From: Candidatus Krumholzibacteriia bacterium
GTDB taxonomy: Bacteria; Krumholzibacteriota; Krumholzibacteriia; JAJRXK01
Assembly (NCBI GenBank): GCA_041484665.1
Contig: JBGPIA010000009.1
Location: 1 to 64,000 of the forward strand
Direction: 5' to 3'
Length of the DNA: 64,000 bases
Below are positions 18,697-27,714 of the stretch, in pieces. Below the pieces are notes generated by a model. That model had not been told where the DNA came from. It was given only the letters and a program-made list of their open reading frames with translations, and ran no database searches. Position 1 is the stretch's first letter. Every line of letters starts with the position of its first letter. The position numbers and the translations under genes are program-made.

Positions 18697-20138
18697 AACG
18701 AGGCTTGGTGTGCCGGGTCGGTGCCACAGTGGCGTGCGCTCTGGCCCTGGCCGTGGCGCCTGCGCGGCGGGTAAACGCGGCGCCCGGCGACGTTGCGCTC
18801 GTGCTGCCCAACTTCGAGCCTGCCAAGGGCACGCCGTTCGATGTCGGGCTGAAGATCGATACTGGGACGACGGCCCTGGGCGGCTACGAATGCGTGCTGC
18901 AGTTCGATCCGGCCGTGCTCCAGTTCCTGTCGGCCACTGCGGCGGGTGCCCCTGGGTTCAGCGATCCGGTGCGGGTCGCCTCGGCCGGCGCAGCCACGGG
19001 ATACCTGCGCCTGGGTGCCTACCAGCGCGTCTCGCGGACGCAGCCCGTGGGCCAGAACACCCTTGCCACGCTGCACTTCAAGGCCATCGGCCTGCCAGGC
19101 TCCAGCTCCGGCCTGGATCTGTCCGTCCTCAAGCTGCTCACCCCCGAGCTGGACGATGTCCCGTCGAATGCCATCGACGCGGCGATCGTGGTCAACCTCC
19201 TCCCCCTGGGAGACGTGAACGGCGATGGCGTCGCCAATCAGGTCTCCGATGCCGTGTTCCTGACGCAGGCGCTGCTCGGCTTCCAGGTGCTGACCGCGCC
19301 GGAGAGTTCCTCCTCCGACATCAACGGCGACGGTGCGCCGCAGACCGTGGCGGATCTGGTTTTCCTGGTGAACGTGCTCCTGGGGTTGCAGACCCCCATC
19401 GCCAAGGCGACCGCGAGTGGGACGCTGCTGCTGGCCTCGCTCGGCGGACCGCAGGCGGAGGGCGATTGGCTGCTGGTGCCGGTACGGCTGCCCAGCGGCG
19501 AGACGCTGGGGGGTGCCCTGCTGCGTCTGGCGCTCGATCCAGGACGCCTGGAGATCGGCACTCCGCGTCTCGGCCCGCGCGCCGCACGCATGCAGGTCAC
19601 CACCGCGCAGAAGGGCGGGGAGCTGATCGTCCTCGTTGCCAGCCCGGAGGGCGCGCGCGTCGCGGCAGGGGACTCGCCGCTGCTCTGGTTGCCGGTGCGT
19701 CCGACTCGGGTCGACGCCCTGGCCGGCGACCTGACGGCCATGCGCTCGTCAGCCGTCACGGCCCTCACCCTGCGGGTTGCCGACGCCGCGGACGCCGCCG
19801 GCGCCCGGCGCGTGGTGGACATCGCCGCCGACGGCGCGGAAATCGCCGCGATGCCCGCGCGCTTCGCACTGCACGACAACGTTCCCAACCCATTCAACCC
19901 CCGCACGGAGTTGCGCTTCGACCTGCCGCAAGCCGGTCGCGCGCGGCTGGCCATCTATGATGTGACGGGGCGCAGGGTGTGCACGCTGCTGGACCGGGAG
20001 CTGCCCGCTGGCGGCTACCGTCTGCCTTGGGACGGGACCGATGGACGCGGCATTGCCGTTGCCAGCGGGGTCTATCACGCGCGACTGGAAATCGCGGGTC
20101 AGGCGCCTGCGACGCGGAAGCTGGTGCTGGTGCGATGA
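18693..20138 (+). CDS. Secreted cohesin + dockerin + cohesin-like + FlgD-Ig protein (adaptor scaffoldin-like), 481 aa; gene 5
   Basis: Cohesin pattern GTPFDV...LGGYECVLQFDPAVL...LATLHFKA; dockerin GDVNGDG...SDINGDG; second cohesin-like VPVRL...LGGALLRLALDP; C-terminal PNPFNP...WDGTD...ASGVY. Confidence 0.8.
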   Translation: MKRGLVCRVGATVACALALAVAPARRVNAAPGDVALVLPNFEPAKGTPFDVGLKIDTGTTALGGYECVLQFDPAVLQFLSATAAGAPGFSDPVRVASAGAATGYLRLGAYQRVSRTQPVGQNTLATLHFKAIGLPGSSSGLDLSVLKLLTPELDDVPSNAIDAAIVVNLLPLGDVNGDGVANQVSDAVFLTQALLGFQVLTAPESSSSDINGDGAPQTVADLVFLVNVLLGLQTPIAKATASGTLLLASLGGPQAEGDWLLVPVRLPSGETLGGALLRLALDPGRLEIGTPRLGPRAARMQVTTAQKGGELIVLVASPEGARVAAGDSPLLWLPVRPTRVDALAGDLTAMRSSAVTALTLRVADAADAAGARRVVDIAADGAEIAAMPARFALHDNVPNPFNPRTELRFDLPQAGRARLAIYDVTGRRVCTLLDRELPAGGYRLPWDGTDGRGIAVASGVYHARLEIAGQAPATRKLVLVR

Positions 20139-20728
20139 GAACACGCATGGCGATCGCGTTCTGCGCAGCGCTCGCGCTGCCGGGTGATGCCGGAGCGGCC
20201 ACGGTCGCGCGACTGGACCTGCCTGCGGCCGTGGCGCAAGCCGACCAGATCGTGCACGGACGGGTGGTCCGGTCGCAGCCGCTGTGGAGCGACGATGGCC
20301 TGCGCATCTACACGGACGCCACGGTCCAGGTCGACGAGACGCTGAAGGGCGGACCCGTCGCGACCGTCACGGTGCGCCTGCTGGGCGGGGAGATCGGGAC
20401 CGTCGGGCAGATCGTCGCCGGCGCCCCGCGCCTGGCGCCGGGCGAGGAAGTCGTGCTGTTGCTGCAGCACATCGAAGGACAGCCGGTTGCGGATCCGCCG
20501 CGCATCGTGGGATTGGCGCAGGGGCTCTACCGGATCGTCCGCCCGCCGCAGTCCGCACAAGCGCTGGCGCTGCGGGACCTTGGGGGACTTACGCTGGTCG
20601 ATCTCGGCAAGCAGGGGGCCTCGGCCGGCGCTGCGTCGCCCGCGGCCCAGGTCGACGCCGCCGACCAGGTTCCCCTCGGCGATTTACTGGCGCGGCTGCG
20701 CACGTTGCTCGCGGGAGGGTCGCGATGA
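20135..20728 (+). CDS. Small secreted beta-rich protein of the type found beside or fused to bacterial matrixins, 197 aa; gene 6
   Basis: ATGA overlaps at both ends; signal peptide AGA-A; pattern ADQIVHGRV...IYT...VDETLKG...GG..G...G.P...GEEVVLLL...GLAQG. Confidence 0.7.
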   Translation: MRTRMAIAFCAALALPGDAGAATVARLDLPAAVAQADQIVHGRVVRSQPLWSDDGLRIYTDATVQVDETLKGGPVATVTVRLLGGEIGTVGQIVAGAPRLAPGEEVVLLLQHIEGQPVADPPRIVGLAQGLYRIVRPPQSAQALALRDLGGLTLVDLGKQGASAGAASPAAQVDAADQVPLGDLLARLRTLLAGGSR

Positions 20729-23700
20729 GCCGCACGCGCGGATCGCGTCCAGCATGGCGTCCGGCTCTACGCCCGGCGCTCTGGCCCGCGGCCGCAGCGG
20801 TCGCGGCTGCCGCCCTGCTGCTCGCCACAGGCGGCCAACCGGCGCGAGCCTTCACGCGCCAGACCTTCCGCAACTCCTTCGGCACTCCGACCCACCTCTA
20901 CTGGCCGCCCGACGCCTTCCCCGTCAAGTACGTGCTCAACAGCGCGGGCACGCCTGACATTCCCGGCACCGGCGAATTCACCGCGCTGCGCAACGGCTTC
21001 CAGCACTGGGACGACGTCACGACCTCCACGGTCAGTTTCCAGGACAACGGCACCAGTGCCTCGGGGGTCTTGGGCAACGACGGGGTCAACCGCATGGTGT
21101 TCGTAACCAACGATCCCGACATGCACGGCACGGCCATCATCGCCCTCACGCTCGACACATATAACGCGATCGACGGGCGCATCCTGGACGCCGACATCAA
21201 GTACAACGAGGACTTCACGTTCGACGCCTCGGGCACTCCGCCGGGCGGGACCATCGATCTCGAGGCCGTCGCGACCCACGAGTCGGGACACCTGTTGGGG
21301 CTGGATCACAGCTTTCTCACCGCTGCGACCATGTATCCGTTCTACGCCTTCCCGCAGCGGACGCTCGATCCGGATGACATCGCCGGCGTCTCGAGCATCT
21401 ATCCGGATCCCACCTTCTACTCCACGACCGGACGGATCCGCGGCAGTGTCCGCACGCTGATCACGGACCGCCCGCTCTACGGGATCAACGCCGTCGCCGT
21501 CTCGGCGCTGGGCCAGGTTGACATCGCCTCGGCGCTCAGCGAGGACACCGGCGAGTTCGTCCTGCCCGGGCTCCTGCCCGGCTCGTACTACGTGCGGATC
21601 CAGCCCGTCAACAAGGCCAACCTCGGGCCGTACTTCCAGGGCGCCTTCGTCGATTTCACGCCCGTCTACTACAACAACGCGGCGGGCATCCCCCAGGCCA
21701 CGGCCGTGAGCGTGCCCGCCGGCGGCGAGGCGGCCAACATCAGTTTCCTTCTCCCGGATCGCGTGCCCCTCGTGCGGTTCGATGGCGTGGCGGAGACGAA
21801 CATCTTCTTCACGAATCCGGCCGGAGCCAACGACTGGTTCGCGGTGCGATTCAACGCGAACCTGCTGCCGGAGAGCTTCCAGTTGGACAGTTTCACGTTC
21901 GTCAACGGCGGGGGCGCCGTGAACGGCTACCGCCTCCTGGTCACCCCTGACACGTCGGGCAAGCCGAACCTGGCCAGCCCCTTCGCCGACGTCACTGGCG
22001 TCAACGCCACCGCCAGCCAGACCAAGAGCGTCGCGTTGGGCGGCATCGCGGTCCAGCAGCGGCAGACCCTTTGGCTGGTCATCAAATATCCGCAGGGGCA
22101 GTTCGCCTCACTGGGCGTGGACACCGACGGCATCGACTCCACGCCTGTGTTCGGGCTGACGGGCGACTCCTTCGCCAGCGGCGACGGGACGAACTGGCAG
22201 ACGCTGACCCTCAGCAGTGCGCTGGTCAACCTGGGCTTCACGCTCACGATCGTTCCCATCACGCCGCCGCCCAAGCCCCAGGTCAGCAGCCTCTCACCCG
22301 CCACGCTCAGCCGCGGGCAGACGGCCACGTTCACCGTTACGGGGCAAAACCTCCTCACTGGGCTCAACGCCTCCGTGAGCGGGACGGGCGTCACGGTGAA
22401 CTCGCTCACATGGCAGAGCAACAGCAGCGTCCAGCTTTCGCTCACCGCCGCCGCAGGTGCGGCCACGGGACCGCGGGATCTCACCCTCAACAGCCCCAAT
22501 GGCACGACCGTTCTGGCCCGCAGCCTGCTCACCGTGCTGCCCGCGATCTCGACCACGGAGATCCTGGCCGTCGAGAATACGCCGGCCCTGGGCGGCACCA
22601 CCGGCGTGCTCGTGGGCGTGCGCTTGACGAATACCTTGCCGATCGGCGGCTTCTCCTTCCGCCTGGCGTTCAACCCAGTGCGCCTGACCCCGGTATTGTC
22701 CACACCGCCGCAGGGCGTGGCGAACCCCACCACGCGCACGGCTGGCTTCGAGCTGCTCGGCGCTACGCAGATCTCGCCCGGCGTGCTGCTGTGCACCGGG
22801 ATCGCGGATCTGGTGGGTGGCAGTGTGAGCAGCGCCTTGCCGGCGGGGACCGGCACCGTCGTGAAGCTGTCGTTCGCGGTCGCGCCGGAGGACTCGCTGC
22901 TCACGTTTCCCATCACGCTGACCGCCGCCAATCTCTCCGACGCGACCGGCGCCACGCTGGTCCTGCCCACGCTGCAGGCGGGCTCGTTGCAGCTGAAAGA
23001 CTGGATCCTGGGCGACCTGAATCTCGACAGCCTGCCGTACACGATCGCCGACGCCCTCACCTCGGTGTCGGCGCTGATGGGCACGCTGACGCTGCAATCG
23101 CGGCAGTTGCTGGCCAGCGACGTCAATGACGACGGTGTGCAAAACAACGTGGCCGACACGGTCTTCCTGGTGAACGTGCTGCTGGGGCTGGAGGTACCGC
23201 TGGGCAAGGGCCTGGGCCCACAGGAGCCGCCGCCGGGCGCCCCGCCGGTCGCAGCGCCGCCCGAGTTGGCCTCGCCGTCTGGCTTTGCGTCGGCGCCCGT
23301 GACGCTGGCCGCGCGCGTGCTGGACGCTGGTACGCTCGCGATCGACGCCGACCTGCCGGTGCAGGTCGGTGGAATCCTGCTGCGGCTGGCGTTGTCGCCG
23401 GGCGCGCACGTGACCGGCGTCGAGGCTCCAGGCGCCCGCGACGGCGGGCTGGCCGGTGAGCTGCCCGTGCGCTGGAGCCAGCAGGGCGCAGCGGCGACCG
23501 TGCTGCTCTTGGGCTTGAGCGGCGAGCGTCTCGGCCCGGGCATGGGCACGCTGGCGAGGGTTCACGTGGAAGGCGGGCAGGCGCGGCTGCTGTCCGCGGA
23601 AGCTGCGAACGGCCAGGGCCGCACGCTGGCGACCACCCTGTCGGACACGCCGGCCTTGCCGCGGGCGGTCGCGCTGTCGAAGCCCGTTCCCAATCCGTTC

Positions 23701-23940
23701 AACCCGTTGACCACGCTTTGGCTCGAGCTGCCGGCGCGCGGCCGCGCCCGCCTGGCGCTGGTCGACGCGCGTGGCCGCCAGGTGGCGGTGCTGGTCGACG
23801 AGGTGCTGCCCGCGGGCCGGCACCGAGTCGAGTGGCGGGGGCAGGACGCCCAGGGCCGCGTGGTGGCGTCGGGCGTCTACTACGCGCTGCTCGATGCGAA
23901 CGGGACGCGCGTGACGCGCAAGCTGGCTCTGGTCCGATGA
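20725..23940 (+). CDS. Secreted matrixin (M10 metzincin) metalloprotease with accessory beta-domains, IPT, cohesin, dockerin and FlgD-Ig, 1071 aa; gene 7
   Basis: ILDADI, HESGHLLGLDH (21277-21309) and Met-turn ATMYP; carboxypeptidase-regulatory-like domain; cohesin LTNTLPIGGFSFRLAFNP; dockerin GDLNLD...SDVNDDG; C-terminal PNPFNP. Confidence 0.9.
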   Translation: MSRTRGSRPAWRPALRPALWPAAAAVAAAALLLATGGQPARAFTRQTFRNSFGTPTHLYWPPDAFPVKYVLNSAGTPDIPGTGEFTALRNGFQHWDDVTTSTVSFQDNGTSASGVLGNDGVNRMVFVTNDPDMHGTAIIALTLDTYNAIDGRILDADIKYNEDFTFDASGTPPGGTIDLEAVATHESGHLLGLDHSFLTAATMYPFYAFPQRTLDPDDIAGVSSIYPDPTFYSTTGRIRGSVRTLITDRPLYGINAVAVSALGQVDIASALSEDTGEFVLPGLLPGSYYVRIQPVNKANLGPYFQGAFVDFTPVYYNNAAGIPQATAVSVPAGGEAANISFLLPDRVPLVRFDGVAETNIFFTNPAGANDWFAVRFNANLLPESFQLDSFTFVNGGGAVNGYRLLVTPDTSGKPNLASPFADVTGVNATASQTKSVALGGIAVQQRQTLWLVIKYPQGQFASLGVDTDGIDSTPVFGLTGDSFASGDGTNWQTLTLSSALVNLGFTLTIVPITPPPKPQVSSLSPATLSRGQTATFTVTGQNLLTGLNASVSGTGVTVNSLTWQSNSSVQLSLTAAAGAATGPRDLTLNSPNGTTVLARSLLTVLPAISTTEILAVENTPALGGTTGVLVGVRLTNTLPIGGFSFRLAFNPVRLTPVLSTPPQGVANPTTRTAGFELLGATQISPGVLLCTGIADLVGGSVSSALPAGTGTVVKLSFAVAPEDSLLTFPITLTAANLSDATGATLVLPTLQAGSLQLKDWILGDLNLDSLPYTIADALTSVSALMGTLTLQSRQLLASDVNDDGVQNNVADTVFLVNVLLGLEVPLGKGLGPQEPPPGAPPVAAPPELASPSGFASAPVTLAARVLDAGTLAIDADLPVQVGGILLRLALSPGAHVTGVEAPGARDGGLAGELPVRWSQQGAAATVLLLGLSGERLGPGMGTLARVHVEGGQARLLSAEAANGQGRTLATTLSDTPALPRAVALSKPVPNPFNPLTTLWLELPARGRARLALVDARGRQVAVLVDEVLPAGRHRVEWRGQDAQGRVVASGVYYALLDANGTRVTRKLALVR

Positions 23941-26900
23941 GGGAAGGGACCGCCGTGCCGCACACCACCGAGCACCGCAACGCGCCCCGGTTGCACGCGC
24001 AGGCGCGACCCGCCGCGGCGCGTGCCGTAGCGCTGGCCGCGCAGCTGGCGTGTGCGGGAACCGTGGTGGCGTTCGGCGCCGATGCGCGCGCCGCCACGCG
24101 CGTTGGCGTGCCCACTGCCGCGCGCATTCCGCAAGTGGCCGCCACGGTTTCGCCCGCGGCCACGCCGCCGTGCACGATCTCAGTCCTGCCGGCGCTCACG
24201 CTCTCCAGGGGGCCGGACGCGCAGGCCAGTACCGCCGCACCCGCCGGCTTGGGTAGCGCTCCTGCGGCGCCGGCCGCTCCGCAGGCACCGCAGACCGTCG
24301 TCACCGACCCCACCGGGGACAACTTCAACCCGGCTGCCGACGTGACGACGATCGTGGCCGACCTGGCGGGGGGCAACATCACCTTCACAGTGTCCTTTGC
24401 CGCGCTCACCGTGCCCAACGTGGTCTGCTCCCTCAACCTCGACACCGACCAGAACGCTGGGACTGGACGCTTCCCGCCGGCCAACGGCGCGGCGTCGCAG
24501 GACGTCGGCGTCGAGTACGAGCTGTACCTGGACATCCAGAACGGGAACGCGCAGCCCCAGCCCATGTGCCTGGTGCTGGACGGCCCTACACGCGCCTTCA
24601 TCAACTGGTTCCCCATGACGATCGCCAGCAACACGGTGACCTTCACCGTGCCCCTGGCCACGTTGGGCAGCGACGACGGCAACATGAACGTGGCACTGGG
24701 GGCCGTCAACGTGACGGCCGGCCTATTCGCCGATCTGGCGCCCGACACCGGCCACGGCACGGTGGTCTCGGGCGGTGATACCACGCGGCCGACGGTGACC
24801 CTCTTCGTGCCCGAGAACGCCGCCACGGGTGTCCCGCGCGACACCGCGGTGAACATCAAGTTCTCCGAGCAGATCGCCGTGGCCTCGGTCAACGGCACCA
24901 CGCTGACGCTCAAGCAGGGCGTCACCCCCATCACCGGCACCGCGAGCCTGCTCTCCGGCAATCTGATCGCGCGATTCACCCCGTCGTCGCCGCTGGCGGC
25001 CAGCACGGTCTACACCGTCACGGCCACCACGGGTATCCAGGACCTGGCGCTCAACGCGCTCAACGGCAACGGCTCCGGCGGCAATTTTACCAGCACCTTC
25101 ACCACCGGCACCGCCAGCGCGCTGCCGCTGGTGGCGGCGGATGCCTACGGCGACGGCACCGGGCCCCACGACCTGGTCGCGCTGCGCATGTCCGAGACCG
25201 TGACCACCTTGACGTTCCGCGTGGATCTCTTCGGCCTCACCGCCAGCGACGCGTCGGCCTCCCTCAACCTCGACACCGACCGCAATCCGACCACGGGCCA
25301 TCGGCCTCCGGTGATCGGGCTGCCGACCCACGACATCGGTGTCGAGTACGAGTTGTGGATGGACATCAAGAACATCAACAACCGGCCGCAGCCGCGGGCA
25401 TTCCTGCTGAATGGGACGACGCGGGCGTTCGTGGGCCCGGAGTACCCCATGACGGTGGGCGCGAACTCCCTGCAGTTCGACGTGCCGGTCGCCGACATCG
25501 GGGAGCAGCAGGACGGCAGCATGGATATGACGCTGTCGATCGGGACGGTCGCGACGCCCACATTCAGCGACCATTTGCCCAATTCTGGCCATGTGAGCTT
25601 CATCACCGCCATCGATCGCGTGCCGCCGGCGGTGCTGTCGGTCGCGCCGCCCGCCGGCACGCAGAACGTCGACGTCAACACCAGCGTGATCGTCACGTTC
25701 GACGGAGCCCTCAATCCGACCACGGTGACGAGCTCCACGTGCACGCTGCGCAATATGAAGACGCTGGCGCTGGTGCCCTGCACGGTGACGCTCTCGGTGG
25801 GCAACACCGTGGTGACGGTGGATCCCACGCCCGCCCTCGCCGACAGCGTGCGCCACGAGCTGCACGTCACGACCGCCGTCAAGGATGTGGCGGGCAACGC
25901 TCTGAATGCGGAGTACGTGAGCGACTTCCGCACGCGGGACATCACCCGGCCAACGATCACCTCCACGCTGCCCTCGTCCGGGCAGACCGGGGTGGCCACC
26001 GGCTCAGTGATCCGGGTGAACTTCTCCGAGGCGGTCGCGGGCGTGGACCGCAACAACTTCAAGCTGCTGGCGGGGACGCTGAAGATCGCCGGCAATTACG
26101 CCCTGACCAACGCCAGCAAGGCCGCCACGCTCACGCCGCTGCTTCCCCTCACCGGCGCGACGACCTACACGGTGCGCGGAGAGACCACCATCCTCGACCT
26201 CAACGGCAACGCGCTCAACGGCAACGGCGCGGGCGGTCCCCTGGTGTACACCTTCACCACCGTGGCCGAGGCCCCCCACGATAGCCTCTACGCCGGCACC
26301 AGGGTCATCGCCCCCTACATTCCCACGGTCACCATCCCGGTGCGCCTGCGCAACACCTTCGACGTTGGCGGAGTATCGTTCCGGCTGGCCTTCGATCCTA
26401 CGCGGCTGACCTTCTCGGCGATCAACCGCACCCCCCGCACCCAGGGCATGGAGTACGTGAGCGCGACCAGCCCGTCGTCTGGCGTGCTGGCGGTCACCGC
26501 GCTGGCGCGCCTCGCTGGGTCGACGGGTACGCTCCTGGCCACCGGCACGGGATCGATCGTGGACGTGGTGTTCAACGTCAACACTGCGCAGCCCGCCGGC
26601 ACCACGTCGCTGACGCTCAGCGCCGCGGCGCTCTCCGAGCAGCGCGGCCTGGCGTCCAGCGTGCCTGCGGTGGTCGCCGGGTCGGTGGTACGCGATGTGA
26701 ACACCGGGGTGCCAGGGACCTTGCTCCCGACCCGGCCGCAGCTGGGTGAGCCGGCTCCCAACCCGTTCAACCCGCGCGTGACCATCCCGGTGCTGCTGCC
26801 GGCGCGGGGAGCAGCTCGTGTCGCGATCTACGACGTGCGCGGGGCGCTGGTGCGCGTGCTCCACAGCGGCGTACTGGAGGCGGGGACCACGGCGCTGTCC

Positions 26901-27008
26901 TGGGACGGCACCGACGGCCAGGGACGCGCCGCGGCCTCGGGTGTCTACATCGTGAAGCTGGAGGCCGCCACGGTGACCGACGTACGCAAGGCGGTGTTGG
27001 TGCGATGA
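23937..27008 (+). CDS. Large secreted multidomain protein: two D..GD beta-sandwich repeats, three Big_5/SbsA-like Ig domains, cohesin, FlgD-Ig; gene 8
   Basis: ATGA overlap; repeats DPTGD...SLNLDTDQNAGTG and DAYGD...SLNLDTDRNPTTG; three P.V...P..G...V......F...D..GNALN...F.T modules; cohesin LRNTFDVGGVSFRLAFDP; PNPFNP tail. Confidence 0.82.
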   Translation: MREGTAVPHTTEHRNAPRLHAQARPAAARAVALAAQLACAGTVVAFGADARAATRVGVPTAARIPQVAATVSPAATPPCTISVLPALTLSRGPDAQASTAAPAGLGSAPAAPAAPQAPQTVVTDPTGDNFNPAADVTTIVADLAGGNITFTVSFAALTVPNVVCSLNLDTDQNAGTGRFPPANGAASQDVGVEYELYLDIQNGNAQPQPMCLVLDGPTRAFINWFPMTIASNTVTFTVPLATLGSDDGNMNVALGAVNVTAGLFADLAPDTGHGTVVSGGDTTRPTVTLFVPENAATGVPRDTAVNIKFSEQIAVASVNGTTLTLKQGVTPITGTASLLSGNLIARFTPSSPLAASTVYTVTATTGIQDLALNALNGNGSGGNFTSTFTTGTASALPLVAADAYGDGTGPHDLVALRMSETVTTLTFRVDLFGLTASDASASLNLDTDRNPTTGHRPPVIGLPTHDIGVEYELWMDIKNINNRPQPRAFLLNGTTRAFVGPEYPMTVGANSLQFDVPVADIGEQQDGSMDMTLSIGTVATPTFSDHLPNSGHVSFITAIDRVPPAVLSVAPPAGTQNVDVNTSVIVTFDGALNPTTVTSSTCTLRNMKTLALVPCTVTLSVGNTVVTVDPTPALADSVRHELHVTTAVKDVAGNALNAEYVSDFRTRDITRPTITSTLPSSGQTGVATGSVIRVNFSEAVAGVDRNNFKLLAGTLKIAGNYALTNASKAATLTPLLPLTGATTYTVRGETTILDLNGNALNGNGAGGPLVYTFTTVAEAPHDSLYAGTRVIAPYIPTVTIPVRLRNTFDVGGVSFRLAFDPTRLTFSAINRTPRTQGMEYVSATSPSSGVLAVTALARLAGSTGTLLATGTGSIVDVVFNVNTAQPAGTTSLTLSAAALSEQRGLASSVPAVVAGSVVRDVNTGVPGTLLPTRPQLGEPAPNPFNPRVTIPVLLPARGAARVAIYDVRGALVRVLHSGVLEAGTTALSWDGTDGQGRAAASGVYIVKLEAATVTDVRKAVLVR

Positions 27009-27634
27009 CTGCGCGCGGCGGGCAGCGGGCGGCTGCGGCAAGGCGGGCGGTCGCACGAGGCAGCCTGGTCTGGCGGGCCCGGGTCCTGGTCTCCACTGTC
27101 CTGGTGCCGGCGGCCCTGACGCTGGCGGCATCTCCGGCGAGCGCCGACCTGATGTCCGTCGGGCAGATCTCCGCCTCCCGCAGCTCGCCCGAAGTCGTCG
27201 TCCCCATTGGACTGGTCAACTCGGGAGACGTTGGCGGCTTCGCGCTGCACCTCGTCTACGATGCAGCGCGCCTGGTGGCGTTGGACCCCCAGCCCGGCAC
27301 GCGGACCGCGTCGTTCGAGCTGTTCGGCGCCAACATCACGCGGCCCGGCGAGATCATCGTCACTGGAATCGCCGATTTCGTCGGTGGGGCAAACGTACCG
27401 CCGCTGGCGCCCGGGGACGGCCCCGTCGTCCTGCTGCGCTTCGCTCCGGCGCCCGGTACGCCCCCAGGGCTCGTCTCGCTGATCCTCGTCGAAGGGTCGC
27501 TCTCCAATCCCAGCGGCTCGCAGCTCACGCAGCCCTTGCTCGAGAACGGCTGGGTGATCCTCACCGGCAACGTGCCCTCTGCGTTGCAGGCCTGGGGAGC
27601 GGTCAAAGCCAACTTTGACGGGGCCTCGCGCTAG
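27005..27634 (+). CDS. Single-cohesin secreted protein with C-terminal WGAVK motif, 209 aa; gene 9
   Basis: Signal peptide ASA-D; VPIGLVNSGDVGGFALHLVYD...GDGPVVLLRF; ends VPSALQAWGAVKANFDGASR. Confidence 0.78.
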   Translation: MTARGGQRAAAARRAVARGSLVWRARVLVSTVLVPAALTLAASPASADLMSVGQISASRSSPEVVVPIGLVNSGDVGGFALHLVYDAARLVALDPQPGTRTASFELFGANITRPGEIIVTGIADFVGGANVPPLAPGDGPVVLLRFAPAPGTPPGLVSLILVEGSLSNPSGSQLTQPLLENGWVILTGNVPSALQAWGAVKANFDGASR

Positions 27635-27714
27635 CTCCGCGGCGTCGGCGGCGCCGGATCGGCCGTCCGATCCCACGAGTGCGCGGGCACCCCTGGGCCT
27701 GCCACACGCCGCCC

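Noticed and set aside
20284..20724. Upstream extensions of ORF-track calls (20284, 19979, 23718, 29520, 39490, 31633, 46401, 58131, 9508)
   Set aside because: They overlap neighbouring genes. ATGA coupling, RBS position or signal peptides point to later starts.
12828..27634. Classical cellulosome
   Set aside because: No glycoside hydrolase, CBM3 or SLH module is recognisable, and there is no poly-cohesin scaffoldin.
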